From the sequence record PV611675.1: a stretch of DNA of 64,000 bases, one strand, 5' to 3'. Below, piece after piece: positions 37,894 to 46,787 of this stretch. Origin of the DNA: Acinetobacter phage vB_AbaM_14/CRR8. Every line of letters begins with the position of its first letter. The first letter of the stretch is position 1. The position numbers and the translations under genes were made by a program. The notes below the pieces were generated by a model that ran no database searches, was not told the origin of the DNA, and saw only the letters and a list, made by a program, of their open reading frames with translations.

Positions 37894-38785
37894 TAAGGTG
37901 GTAGAACAATATACTTGGGCTGGTCAGAAAATTGAATTGACTATTAAGAAATATAAGCCGATTGTTTTCCATAAAAATTTGTGGGACCAATACCCTTCAG
38001 CTATCAAAGCGCGTGGTGCTGTATATCATGGTGATGAACAAGTGGTATATCCTATGGACAAGTGTTTCAACTACCTTGAGAATGGTTGTGGAAAAGATAT
38101 CGAGGGTGATCACTATGTTATGTGGTATCGTAAAGTAAATGGCTTTATGGTGAACCTTACATACCATGAAGCTCTTGGTTGGATCATTTCAACTACAGGT
38201 GATGCTATCATCTTTGGCAATGTGACAGAGAATAAATACATCAATATGGCTTTGCAGTATATTGAAAAGTATGATGGCTTTGGTTTGTATGAACAGTTAA
38301 AGGGTGACTATTGCTTCTTTGATGACGATCAATTTACGGTGACGTTTGAAGTTGTCCATGAGAATGATCCACACATCGTAACTGAAGTGACTGGACTATA
38401 CCCATTATGTGTGCAAAAGAATGGTGTAACAATACCATTAAATGTCTCTCTTCAGGAGGATGGTAGTGGTGAGTTTGATGATTTGAAAGAAGCTTTGAAG
38501 GTATGTAGACATGAAGGCTTTATGGTCTACAATGGTGCTGGTGAGCTTCTATTTAAGATGAAGTCTCCATATTACCTTGCTAAGAAATGGGTACAGCGTG
38601 GAGGAGCTAAGCGAGTTTGGAGTAATGACTATAAAGAACGTTTGGATGAAGAGTATTACCCAATCATTGATTACTTACGATCACATCATGACAAGGAAGA
38701 GTGGGATAAGATGACAGAAGAGGCAAAGTCTATTGCATTCTTGGATGCTTACTACTTTGTAAATAACTTTAGTAGGGAGGGATAA
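37877..38785 (+). CDS. RNA/DNA-ligase-like covalent nucleotidyltransferase (putative RNA ligase)
   Basis: Motif I YRKVNGFM (KxNG variant, as in tRNA ligases). Motif III FFDDDQFTVTFEVV. Motif IV HEGFMVYNG. Motif V LLFKMKSPYY. Start taken at the GTG at 37877, 7 nt after aaggag. Confidence 0.45.
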   Translation: MEVIRNKVVEQYTWAGQKIELTIKKYKPIVFHKNLWDQYPSAIKARGAVYHGDEQVVYPMDKCFNYLENGCGKDIEGDHYVMWYRKVNGFMVNLTYHEALGWIISTTGDAIIFGNVTENKYINMALQYIEKYDGFGLYEQLKGDYCFFDDDQFTVTFEVVHENDPHIVTEVTGLYPLCVQKNGVTIPLNVSLQEDGSGEFDDLKEALKVCRHEGFMVYNGAGELLFKMKSPYYLAKKWVQRGGAKRVWSNDYKERLDEEYYPIIDYLRSHHDKEEWDKMTEEAKSIAFLDAYYFVNNFSREG

Positions 38786-39342
38786 TGGGTGTAGTAACAC
38801 ACGGCATGAGTGGGACTCCATTGTACCAATGTTGGAAGAATATGAAGGCTAGGTGTTATAGAAAGTCATCTACTCACTTCCATAGGTATGGTGGTAGGGG
38901 TATTAAGGTCTGTGATGAGTGGAAATTTTCATTCATCACATTTATGGATTGGGCATATAAAAGTGGCTACTCTGAGGATTTAACTATTGATAGGGTAGAT
39001 GTTGATAAGGACTATACACCTGATAATTGTAGATGGATTAGACCTGATGAAAATGTATCAAGAGCTAACTTTTACCATAAGGAGTTAGGAACTGGATGTC
39101 AATCGGATACATCTAAGATGAAAATGAGGGAAACCATTGTTGATTTACAAGGCATGAAGGTTGAACTTTATTTTGGTTTGAAATTGATTGGTGTGTATGA
39201 TTCAATAGGTCTAGCTTCTGATTATGTTGCTGAAGCCCTTGGAAGGAAGAAAAAGAATGTCTACTCTCAGATGAAACAACAAATGAAAGGTAAGGTTAAA
39301 ACTACTGGTGGCTATACTGTGGAGGAATTTTTAGATGAGTAA
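38785..39342 (+). CDS. HNH_3-type homing-endonuclease-like protein
   Basis: CYRKSSTHFHRYGGRGIKVCDEW...TIDRVDVDKDYTPDNCRWI matches the HNH_3 / AP2-associated endonuclease pattern. It is inserted between the ligase-like and Pnk-like genes. Confidence 0.4.
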   Translation: MGVVTHGMSGTPLYQCWKNMKARCYRKSSTHFHRYGGRGIKVCDEWKFSFITFMDWAYKSGYSEDLTIDRVDVDKDYTPDNCRWIRPDENVSRANFYHKELGTGCQSDTSKMKMRETIVDLQGMKVELYFGLKLIGVYDSIGLASDYVAEALGRKKKNVYSQMKQQMKGKVKTTGGYTVEEFLDE

Positions 39343-39748
39343 TAAAATACTTTGGTTTATTAGGGGTGTGTCGGGTTCTGGAAAGAGTACCGTAGCAAAA
39401 GTGTTACGGGAACAGCTACCATTTGGTTGTGGAACTGAGGCTGATGACTTTCGTTATATCGATGGTCGGTATGCATGGGAGGAGGTCCCAAATTATATTG
39501 CACACCGTAAATGTTTTGATACTACAAAAGAATTCTTGACAGATGGTCGTCAAAATGTGGTAGTATCTAATACATCGACAAGAAGCAAAGATGTTCGCAA
39601 GTATAAGAAGCTTGCAGAAGAATTTGGGTATATGTTTATATCTATTGTGGTTGAGAATTACCATGAGACAGGTAATACACATAATGTACCATATGCTACA
39701 CTTGTTGATATGGAAAATAAACTACGTGGTAGTATTAAATTAAAGTGA
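39335..39748 (+). CDS. polynucleotide 5'-kinase domain protein (T4 Pnk kinase-like P-loop)
   Basis: ILWFIRGVSGSGKSTVAKVL parallels the T4 Pnk N-terminus (GCPGSGKSTWA). 137 aa, so kinase domain only. Confidence 0.55.
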   Translation: MSNKILWFIRGVSGSGKSTVAKVLREQLPFGCGTEADDFRYIDGRYAWEEVPNYIAHRKCFDTTKEFLTDGRQNVVVSNTSTRSKDVRKYKKLAEEFGYMFISIVVENYHETGNTHNVPYATLVDMENKLRGSIKLK

Positions 39749-39755
39749 GGTATTT

Positions 39756-39944
39756 GTGAAAATTTTACTAAATGGGTTGGAATGGGACTCTGAGGTACAT
39801 AAAAATTTAATTAAAAAATTGGGTGGTGTCAAGGTTATTGAAGGTAAAATAAAAGAACCTCTTTTAGCAGGGGAGGCTCACTACTATAAAATGATCTTGC
39901 ATGTAAAGGAAACTTTTGAAGCTCATAACGTAGGATTTAAATAA
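39756..39944 (+). CDS. small hypothetical protein
   Basis: 62 aa. Confidence 0.3.
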   Translation: MKILLNGLEWDSEVHKNLIKKLGGVKVIEGKIKEPLLAGEAHYYKMILHVKETFEAHNVGFK

Positions 39945-40570
39945 TGGCTAAGTTATCTACAAGTGATTTACATTTTGGACATGTAAATATTTTAAAGTTC
40001 ACCAAGCGTTACCATTTTATGTTTGACGATTCAACTTTTAAAAATCAATATTTTATTGATTCGGATGTATTTGAAAGAATGCATAACGGAACTCTGACTT
40101 ATTCTGACAAGGTGTTGATTAAAGAGAAGCATGATAATTGGTTGATCGAAAGGTTGAATAGCCAAATTGACAATGGTGATGTGGTTTATCATGTAGGGGA
40201 TTTTGCATTCTATAAGGATGTAAAGTCTATTCGCAATATCATTATGCAGTTGGCTGGAGATTGGATTTTTGTACTAGGTAATCATGATAATGAATCTACA
40301 TTACGTGAAGCTTGTAAGGGTACTCGTCATAAGGTGGTAGGTTATTACCATATGACTCGTGTCAATCGTAAGCGTGTGATTTTCTGCCATTTTCCTTTTG
40401 AAGAGTGGGATCAATGCCATAATGGTTCATGGCATGTCTATGGACATTTACATGGTTCTGATGGTCATGGGGAGTTCAAGATGAGAAAGGACTTGCCACG
40501 TCGATTTGATACTGGCATTGATGCACATAAAGAATGTAAGCTTTTCAACTTAGATGAGGTGATTCAGTGA
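39944..40570 (+). CDS. calcineurin-like metallophosphoesterase (candidate 2',3'-phosphatase end-healing enzyme)
   Basis: DLHFGH, VYHVGDFA, VLGNHD and FCHFP blocks match the metallophosphatase signature DxH...GD...GNH(D/E). Confidence 0.6.
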   Translation: MAKLSTSDLHFGHVNILKFTKRYHFMFDDSTFKNQYFIDSDVFERMHNGTLTYSDKVLIKEKHDNWLIERLNSQIDNGDVVYHVGDFAFYKDVKSIRNIIMQLAGDWIFVLGNHDNESTLREACKGTRHKVVGYYHMTRVNRKRVIFCHFPFEEWDQCHNGSWHVYGHLHGSDGHGEFKMRKDLPRRFDTGIDAHKECKLFNLDEVIQ

Positions 40571-40746
40571 GTTTATTTACAGTAGGTAATGATGTTGGTC
40601 TAGCTGCTGACCATTTAAATTTCGCTATCGAGACTTTGGAAGATTGTGATATTGATGGCGAGGCTATGGATTCATTACGTGAGGCACAGCAACGATTAGA
40701 CCAAGCTATGGCTGAGATTGCTGTATTAAGGGAAAAGTACCCATGA
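40567..40746 (+). CDS. small hypothetical protein (59 aa, GTG start)
   Basis: Its start overlaps the MPE stop (GTGA) and its stop overlaps the next ATG, so it is translationally coupled. Confidence 0.25.
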   Translation: MSLFTVGNDVGLAADHLNFAIETLEDCDIDGEAMDSLREAQQRLDQAMAEIAVLREKYP

Positions 40747-41012
40747 TGCTGCATGGCAGAAAGACTACATATAAGGATTCGGTCCAACGACTGCTTAATT
40801 GTGGAGCCAACCTTGAAGAAATGATGATAGAGATGCTTGAGTTTGAGAGTACTCTATCTGCTGGTCTAAAGGAACGTCACTGGACAGCCTCATTTCACGT
40901 AGGAGGTGAGTTAAAGTCTTTGACTGTAGTACCAGAGGGAACGGAGCTTTCATTCCGTGTGCAGGATTTGGCGAAGTATAGGGTGTTGTTAACACCAGAG
41001 GAGTTGAGATAG
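40743..41012 (+). CDS. hypothetical protein
   Basis: 89 aa. Confidence 0.35.
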   Translation: MMLHGRKTTYKDSVQRLLNCGANLEEMMIEMLEFESTLSAGLKERHWTASFHVGGELKSLTVVPEGTELSFRVQDLAKYRVLLTPEELR

Positions 41013-41245
41013 TGCCTATATGTATTGGAGGACCATTCCATGATAAACATGCTAATTGTGGTGATTACATTTATACTATAATGGGTACTAGGAAGCTTGT
41101 AGAATATCGGCTAAGAGATTACTGTTATGACGATGGTTCTATTAAAAAGATTCAACTTTACCAGCATGTGTCCCTTTCAGATGAATGTATCATTCAATTC
41201 CTAAATGAAAAATTTAATTTAAACCCTGTTGAGAAAAAGTCTTGA
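41012..41245 (+). CDS. hypothetical Cys/His-rich protein
   Basis: 77 aa. CIGGPFHDKHANCGDY. Confidence 0.35.
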   Translation: MPICIGGPFHDKHANCGDYIYTIMGTRKLVEYRLRDYCYDDGSIKKIQLYQHVSLSDECIIQFLNEKFNLNPVEKKS

Positions 41246-41269
41246 CAGGGTTTTTCTTTGCCTGTAATA
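41241..41269 (+). promoter_or_regulatory. sigma70-like promoter TTGACA-N17-TAATAT overlapping a 7 bp hairpin (AACCCTG...CAGGGTT + T-run)
   Basis: Read directly from the sequence. Confidence 0.45.
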
Positions 41270-41303
41270 TTCACTTCACTTCATAGACAACTAGGAGCTG
41301 GAA

Positions 41304-41849
41304 ATGAAAGCAAGACGTGAGTTAGAGTTAAAAGTTTGGAATCTTTCTGAAGAGGAAGTTTTAAATAAAACACTATTTGATTTGCTTGGTAAAGAAGAAA
41401 TTGTAAGATGCTTCCATGAAGCATTTAAAAAGCTTGGCGTACTACAACGTTATGATGAGTTTTATCTGAAGAAAATTGGTAATCGTAAGGTTAATAACTA
41501 TATCTCAACGTTACGTGAATTAGATGGTCAAGTTGGAACTCGACTCTACAAAGTTGAGCACAATGCATTCATGACAGGTTTGTTACGTGAAGCTGGCATA
41601 ATCGATGGTGTTTATTTCGCAGCTCTGTATCCAAACTTCATGAAGAAGATTATTACTTCTGCACAAAGCCATATGGGTTTAATTGAGGGTGATACAGGAA
41701 ATGGTAAAGATCATTTAATCTATGTACTTAAGGGTGTTAGTGGTCTTGCAACTACAGAGCAATCTAAGTTGTTGGGCATTTCAATGGGTCATTGGGAAGG
41801 TGGTCGAGAGAAAGTTACTGGACTTAAACGTCGAAAAGATCGTAAATAA
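41304..41849 (+). CDS. hypothetical protein
   Basis: 181 aa. Confidence 0.4.
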   Translation: MKARRELELKVWNLSEEEVLNKTLFDLLGKEEIVRCFHEAFKKLGVLQRYDEFYLKKIGNRKVNNYISTLRELDGQVGTRLYKVEHNAFMTGLLREAGIIDGVYFAALYPNFMKKIITSAQSHMGLIEGDTGNGKDHLIYVLKGVSGLATTEQSKLLGISMGHWEGGREKVTGLKRRKDRK

Positions 41850-41853
41850 TTGT

Positions 41854-41882
41854 TGACACAGATTTAATTTTTAATTATATTT
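41854..41882 (+). promoter_or_regulatory. sigma70-like promoter atTGTTGACA-N16-TATATT
   Basis: Read directly from the sequence. Confidence 0.45.
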
Positions 41883-41910
41883 AATGCACAAACTAACTGG
41901 AGTAAAGGAA

Positions 41911-42051
41911 ATGTCTAAATTCACTAAACCGTCACAAGATAAAGATCAGTTCGAATCTTATCATGATGAGCGAAAGCAACGTGGTCGTAAGCGACATGAC
42001 GGTGGTAAGAAAGTGAAATCTTCAACTAAATGGTATGATCGGATGAACTAA
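41911..42051 (+). CDS. small basic protein (46 aa)
   Basis: MSKFTKPSQDKDQFESYHDERKQRGRKRHDGGKKVKSSTKWYDRMN. RBS ggagtaaaggaa. Confidence 0.3.
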   Translation: MSKFTKPSQDKDQFESYHDERKQRGRKRHDGGKKVKSSTKWYDRMN

Positions 42052-42052
42052 T

Positions 42053-42571
42053 ATGAAAGGATTTATTAAAGAAGGTTCGTTAGAAGAAGCCAACAAAATC
42101 TTGATGTGTTACCAAGATGTTTTGAAGGCAATGGATAAAATCCAAAAGGGTGAAGAGCCACCGCCTTGGTTTAATACTAGGGTTGGTACTTGTATCAATG
42201 TTGAGTTAGCAGCTTTTGCAAACTATGGTATTAATTTAAACAATCTAGATGATTGGCAGAGAAGTGTTGTACATCCAGATCAAGATATTTGTATAGGTGA
42301 GTCGAAACTCGATTATATTCTTAACAAAGCTTGGATTGATTTTGTAAACACTATGGGTAATACTGTAGGGTATGTTGAACCTAACTCAAGTAATGTTTAC
42401 CCTATCATCCGTGAATATCCAGAATATACAGCTGCATATTCATATGCCAATAGTGTTGCATATGGAACTCTTTACAAAGGCAAACAGTTAGAGGCTCGTG
42501 TAAGTTTAGTGAACTTCAAGTGTCAAGTACTACGAGAAGAGTTACTGAACATTTGGAAATTAAGTAAGTAA
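42053..42571 (+). CDS. hypothetical protein
   Basis: 172 aa. Confidence 0.4.
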   Translation: MKGFIKEGSLEEANKILMCYQDVLKAMDKIQKGEEPPPWFNTRVGTCINVELAAFANYGINLNNLDDWQRSVVHPDQDICIGESKLDYILNKAWIDFVNTMGNTVGYVEPNSSNVYPIIREYPEYTAAYSYANSVAYGTLYKGKQLEARVSLVNFKCQVLREELLNIWKLSK

Positions 42572-42586
42572 TTTGAGGATTAAAAT

Positions 42587-43690
42587 ATGAAATTTATCAA
42601 GTACCCAAGCATTAAACGTTTAACTGAACGTGCAATCAATAATGTGAAGGAAATGCCATTTGAATTACCACAATTTATGGTAACTGAGAAACTTCATGGG
42701 GCCAATATGGGTATCTACTCTAATGGTGAAGAGTTTAAGATTGCATCTCGTGAAGGTTTTGTCCGTGAAGGTATCAAGTTCTACAATGGTCGTGCTGTAG
42801 CTGATCGATACAAAGATGGTATCATGGAACATGCCAAACACTCTGTTAAATCTGCTCGTGAGATTGGCATCATTGGTGATGTAGTAAGTATCTACTTTGG
42901 TGAACTGTTTGGTGGGAGTATCCATAAAGGTACACCATACTCTCAAGAGCAAGATTTTGTTTTGTTTGACTTCTTCATGACATTTGAAAACTCTGAAGAG
43001 AACCTTAAAGCATTAAAGCTATTTGGTGTTAAAGATTTTATTGTATATGAGGAGCAAGGAGTTATTGCTTGTCGTAGTTACGATAAACCTAGTTCATTGA
43101 AATACATCTCCGAGTTTATTGGTTGTCGACATATTGAGATTTTATTTATTGGCTCATTTGAAGATGCTTTAAAAGTTGAGAACAACTTTAAATCTAAGTA
43201 TGTGTGTCCTGAAAAGGTTAAGGAGTCTGGCGTTGCTGCTCATGGTCAAGATGCAGTAGACTACCTATGCATTACTGAAGGTGTAATCATTGAACCAGTG
43301 AACCCAATGAATCATTTTGGTGACATGCTTAAATACAAATCTAAGAACTCTAAGTTTGAAGAGAAGTATAATACAGGTTATAAAGAGAAAATTTCTGCTG
43401 TTGAGAAGGCTCTCAATAAATTAACAGATGAAGAACGTGATACATTGACTGATATGGATCAATACATTACTAACCCTCGTTACGATGCTGTGGTGAGTAA
43501 GATTGGTGAAGTAACCATCAAAGATTTTTCAAAAGTTTTGAAAGCTTTTGTTGAAGACGTATTAGCTGACATTAAAGAAGATTATCAAGAGTATCGTGAG
43601 TGCTTCCCTGATCTTAGTAAAGATGCTATGATGTTATTCACAAATGAAGTTAAAGCGTTTATTCGCCCTAAATTATTGGAGAACAGTTAA
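42587..43690 (+). CDS. RNA ligase 2 (T4 Rnl2-like)
   Basis: Motif I TEKLHGANMGI, the KxHG variant that characterises Rnl2. EGVIIEP (motif IV). LKYKSKNSKF (motif V). The C-terminal VVSKIGEVTIKDFSKVL parallels the T4 Rnl2 C-terminal domain. Confidence 0.8.
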   Translation: MKFIKYPSIKRLTERAINNVKEMPFELPQFMVTEKLHGANMGIYSNGEEFKIASREGFVREGIKFYNGRAVADRYKDGIMEHAKHSVKSAREIGIIGDVVSIYFGELFGGSIHKGTPYSQEQDFVLFDFFMTFENSEENLKALKLFGVKDFIVYEEQGVIACRSYDKPSSLKYISEFIGCRHIEILFIGSFEDALKVENNFKSKYVCPEKVKESGVAAHGQDAVDYLCITEGVIIEPVNPMNHFGDMLKYKSKNSKFEEKYNTGYKEKISAVEKALNKLTDEERDTLTDMDQYITNPRYDAVVSKIGEVTIKDFSKVLKAFVEDVLADIKEDYQEYRECFPDLSKDAMMLFTNEVKAFIRPKLLENS

Positions 43691-44658
43691 TGTCCATTTT
43701 ACGAGTTAAAAACTTCCTTGAACTGCATGTAGTTGGCAAGGGGCAGATTAAAGTAGATGTGGTGGAATTTGGGGACGGCACTAAAAGTGTCCGTATCCCT
43801 ACTATTAAGTGTTACGACCGAGAGACCACTTTCCGTATTGAGTTATTTCAGCGTAGTATGGATGACATCATGCTTGTTGCACAAATTGTAGATATCATTC
43901 GTCGTAATACACGTACAATTGTGAACATCATCTTAAGCTTAGAGTCACCAATGTATATGCGTTATGATCGTGTGATGAATGATAAGAAGGATGATGCCTT
44001 TGCACTAAAACAGTTTGTGAAAATGATTCTGGCGACAGGTGTCAATCATGTACAGTTGACAGACCCTCACAGTGAAGTGGCTGAGGAGTTGTTATTCCTA
44101 CATGGCTCTGGTCGAAACTTTGTAAGTGTTACACGTCAAGAAGATTGTGTGTATGAGGCTCTACGAACATTCACAGAAGGACATAAAAACCTAGGGCATT
44201 ATGATATTGTACTACCTGATGCTGGAGCAGCTAAGAAAGTTCTTGGTTATGAAACTTTCCAATGTATGAAAGCTCGTGACCCTAACACTGGTAAGTTGTC
44301 TAAAGCTGGGTTTGATATTGATCCTAATGTATTAACTAAGTTGTTATTGAGTAAGAAAGATAGAATCATTATTGTTGACGACATCTGCGAGAACGGTGGA
44401 ACCTTCTTAGGATGCCATAAAATGCTCAGAGAGCGTGGTGTTATAAAACCTATGGATTTGTACATCACACATGGCGTATTCCCTAATGTGCAAGCAATGA
44501 GTAAGTTCTATGGGGTGTTTGAGAATATCTACATATACAATGGAACAAATGCAAAGTATCTTGACCTTGTATCCCATACAGGAGCTAAGATTCATATGGT
44601 AAATGCTTTTGTGGGAGCTGATGAATTAGTTTTCGAAGATGACCTATTTAAGTCTTGA
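43690..44658 (+). CDS. Prs-like phosphoribosyl-pyrophosphokinase-fold protein; candidate ADP-ribose pyrophosphokinase (Adps) of a NARP1-type NAD+ reconstitution pathway
   Basis: 322 aa. PRPP-synthetase-type binding loop RIIIVDDICENGGTFLG. The overall length matches Prs. Its start overlaps the Rnl2 stop (TAATG). A NAMPT-like gene lies 285 nt downstream. Confidence 0.6.
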   Translation: MSILRVKNFLELHVVGKGQIKVDVVEFGDGTKSVRIPTIKCYDRETTFRIELFQRSMDDIMLVAQIVDIIRRNTRTIVNIILSLESPMYMRYDRVMNDKKDDAFALKQFVKMILATGVNHVQLTDPHSEVAEELLFLHGSGRNFVSVTRQEDCVYEALRTFTEGHKNLGHYDIVLPDAGAAKKVLGYETFQCMKARDPNTGKLSKAGFDIDPNVLTKLLLSKKDRIIIVDDICENGGTFLGCHKMLRERGVIKPMDLYITHGVFPNVQAMSKFYGVFENIYIYNGTNAKYLDLVSHTGAKIHMVNAFVGADELVFEDDLFKS

Positions 44659-44684
44659 CATCTATACAATAGTGGGGTTATAAT
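44655..44684 (+). promoter_or_regulatory. sigma70-like promoter TTGACA-N18-TATAAT with the -10 in the clamp GGGGttataatggCCCC
   Basis: Read directly from the sequence. Confidence 0.45.
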
Positions 44685-44711
44685 GGCCCCACAAACTTTT
44701 AGAGGTGTGCT

Positions 44712-44939
44712 ATGAGAAAAGCTCGTATTAAAGCTACAAAACAACAAATGGTTGATATGGGTATCGACGGTGTGGTTGTTAATGGAGAGGTAATTAAAGA
44801 TGGTACAATTCTAGACATTAAAGAATTGCAAATCAACTTTGAGGGTAAGCCAGCATTTCAGTTTATTGGATCATATAATGGGTTAATAGACCATACATGG
44901 TACATCTCGGCTGAGCTATTTGAATTTATTGAGGGTTAA
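44712..44939 (+). CDS. hypothetical protein
   Basis: 75 aa. RBS tagaggtgtgct-ATG. Confidence 0.4.
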   Translation: MRKARIKATKQQMVDMGIDGVVVNGEVIKDGTILDIKELQINFEGKPAFQFIGSYNGLIDHTWYISAELFEFIEG

Positions 44940-44942
44940 TTT

Positions 44943-46787
44943 ATGAATTTTTTAGAAAAGAAAGCCTTATTAGAGGAATCAATCTTTGACGCAGTGCCAA
45001 AGGTGAATCCTTTCTTATATTGGACAGACTCTTACAAAGATTCTCATATTCGTTTTGAAGTTGAGGGTGTTAAGTATATTTATTCTAATGCCACAGCACG
45101 TTTTGGTTACTACATGAAAAACCTTCTGGGTGAATACTTTGAAGATGAGTTCGTTGTTTTTGGTATTCAGTGGATGTTGGCACGTTTTCATGCTATGGCT
45201 AAGATCGGATTCTTTGATCGTCCTAAGCAAGAAGTATTGGATGAAATGTTAGAGGTACTTGGACCTTACATTGGTGAAACGGATGTAACTCGTTTTGGTG
45301 ATCTCCATGATCTTGGTTATGTACCATTGATCTTTAAAGCATTACCAGAAGGTACAGTTGCACCTATTGGTACTCCATTCTATACATGTGAGAATACATT
45401 ACCTGAATTTGAATGGCTTGCAAATTTCCTTGAGTCTGGTATGTCTACAGATACTTGGAAACAGTTAACAGTAGCTACTGTAGCTTATGCTTTCCGTCGA
45501 ATCAGTAACAAGTTCGCTTTAGAGACTCAAGGAAATATCGAGGGTACAGAGTGGCAAAACCATGACTTCTCAACACGTGGTCAATCTGGATTTGAGTCTG
45601 GTGCAATTAATGGTGTAGCATTCTTGCTTAGCTCTTGTGGCACAGACAATAAGCCATCATTGTGGGCAGCTCGTGACTTCTATTTGAGTAAGAATACCCA
45701 AGACTTATTGTTGTGTGGTTCTGTACCTGCTGGGGAACATAGTGTTTCTACATTAGGTATTCAATCATTCATTAAGAAAGCTGAACTTGCTGGTGAGGAA
45801 CTATCGTTACTTGAGGCTGAAATTAAATATGCTAAGTTTGTTATTACAGAACGTTTCCCTACAGGTATCTTATCTTATGTGTCGGATTCGTATGATTACT
45901 GGGGATTCATTAAAGAAGTTCTTCCAGCTCTTAAAGAAGATATTCTTGCACGTGATGGTAAACTTGTTGTGCGTGGCGATTCAGGTGATCCTATTCATAT
46001 TATCGCTGGTTATCGTATCTTTGATGCTGATACAGATGTACGTGTTAAGGGTAAGTTTAATTCAGTATCTCAGTTGATGTTGAACACACACTTATGGTGG
46101 GATTCTAAGTGGGAGGTCATCAAATTCAATGATCAATATTTCTTGATCATTGATAGTGGTACAGAACTTCAAGAGATTTCACGTGAAGAAGCTCATGGAA
46201 CTATCCAATGTTTATGGGATGAGTTTGGTGGTATTGTAAATGATCTTGGATTTAAACACTTAGATAGTCATATCGGCATGATCTATGGTGATGGAATTAC
46301 AATCCAACGTTCAGTAGAAATCTTGACTCGATTAAAGGACAAAGGTTTTGCATCTACAAATATCGTATTTGGTGTAGGTAGTTACTCATTGAATATGTTA
46401 TCTCGTGACCATCTTGGTATTGCCATTAAAGCAACCAATGCAATCATTGAGATTGATGAACGTCTCGTTGAGATGCCTATCTACAAGGACCCTAAGACTG
46501 ATACGAGTAAGAAGTCTGCTAAAGGTTATTTGGTGGTGTCTGCTGATAAGGAAGGGAATATCATTACTTTGGATGAACAGAGTCGTGAAGCAGCTTTACA
46601 TACTGGTTTACTTGAAACTGTATATATGAATGGGCAATTCCAAGTCTTAACTACAGTACCAGAGATTCGAGAGCGTCTATGGAATCCTAAATCTTTAGCT
46701 CCTCCAACTGTAGAGGAGGGTGAGGAAGTGATTGTAAATGATATCACACCAGAAGTTGACGGTGAGTCAGAGGAGTTTGTAGAGTAA
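44943..46787 (+). CDS. nicotinamide phosphoribosyltransferase-family protein; candidate nicotinamide ADPR transferase (Namat) partner of the Prs-like gene
   Basis: 614 aa. NAMPT/NadV-like blocks: HDFSTRGQSGFESG, DSYDYW, RGDSGDP, IYGDGIT. It has an acidic C-terminal extension. It pairs with a Prs-like gene rather than an NMN adenylyltransferase. Confidence 0.6.
   Translation: MNFLEKKALLEESIFDAVPKVNPFLYWTDSYKDSHIRFEVEGVKYIYSNATARFGYYMKNLLGEYFEDEFVVFGIQWMLARFHAMAKIGFFDRPKQEVLDEMLEVLGPYIGETDVTRFGDLHDLGYVPLIFKALPEGTVAPIGTPFYTCENTLPEFEWLANFLESGMSTDTWKQLTVATVAYAFRRISNKFALETQGNIEGTEWQNHDFSTRGQSGFESGAINGVAFLLSSCGTDNKPSLWAARDFYLSKNTQDLLLCGSVPAGEHSVSTLGIQSFIKKAELAGEELSLLEAEIKYAKFVITERFPTGILSYVSDSYDYWGFIKEVLPALKEDILARDGKLVVRGDSGDPIHIIAGYRIFDADTDVRVKGKFNSVSQLMLNTHLWWDSKWEVIKFNDQYFLIIDSGTELQEISREEAHGTIQCLWDEFGGIVNDLGFKHLDSHIGMIYGDGITIQRSVEILTRLKDKGFASTNIVFGVGSYSLNMLSRDHLGIAIKATNAIIEIDERLVEMPIYKDPKTDTSKKSAKGYLVVSADKEGNIITLDEQSREAALHTGLLETVYMNGQFQVLTTVPEIRERLWNPKSLAPPTVEEGEEVIVNDITPEVDGESEEFVE

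Noticed and set aside
44943-46787. Alternative-frame + strand ORFs inside the NAMPT-like gene (45787..46077, 46405..46629) and inside RNR (21979..22161, 22252..22536)
   Set aside because: They are out-of-frame overlaps with strongly motif-supported long genes. Translations are Leu/Ser/Arg-rich and start codons lack an RBS.
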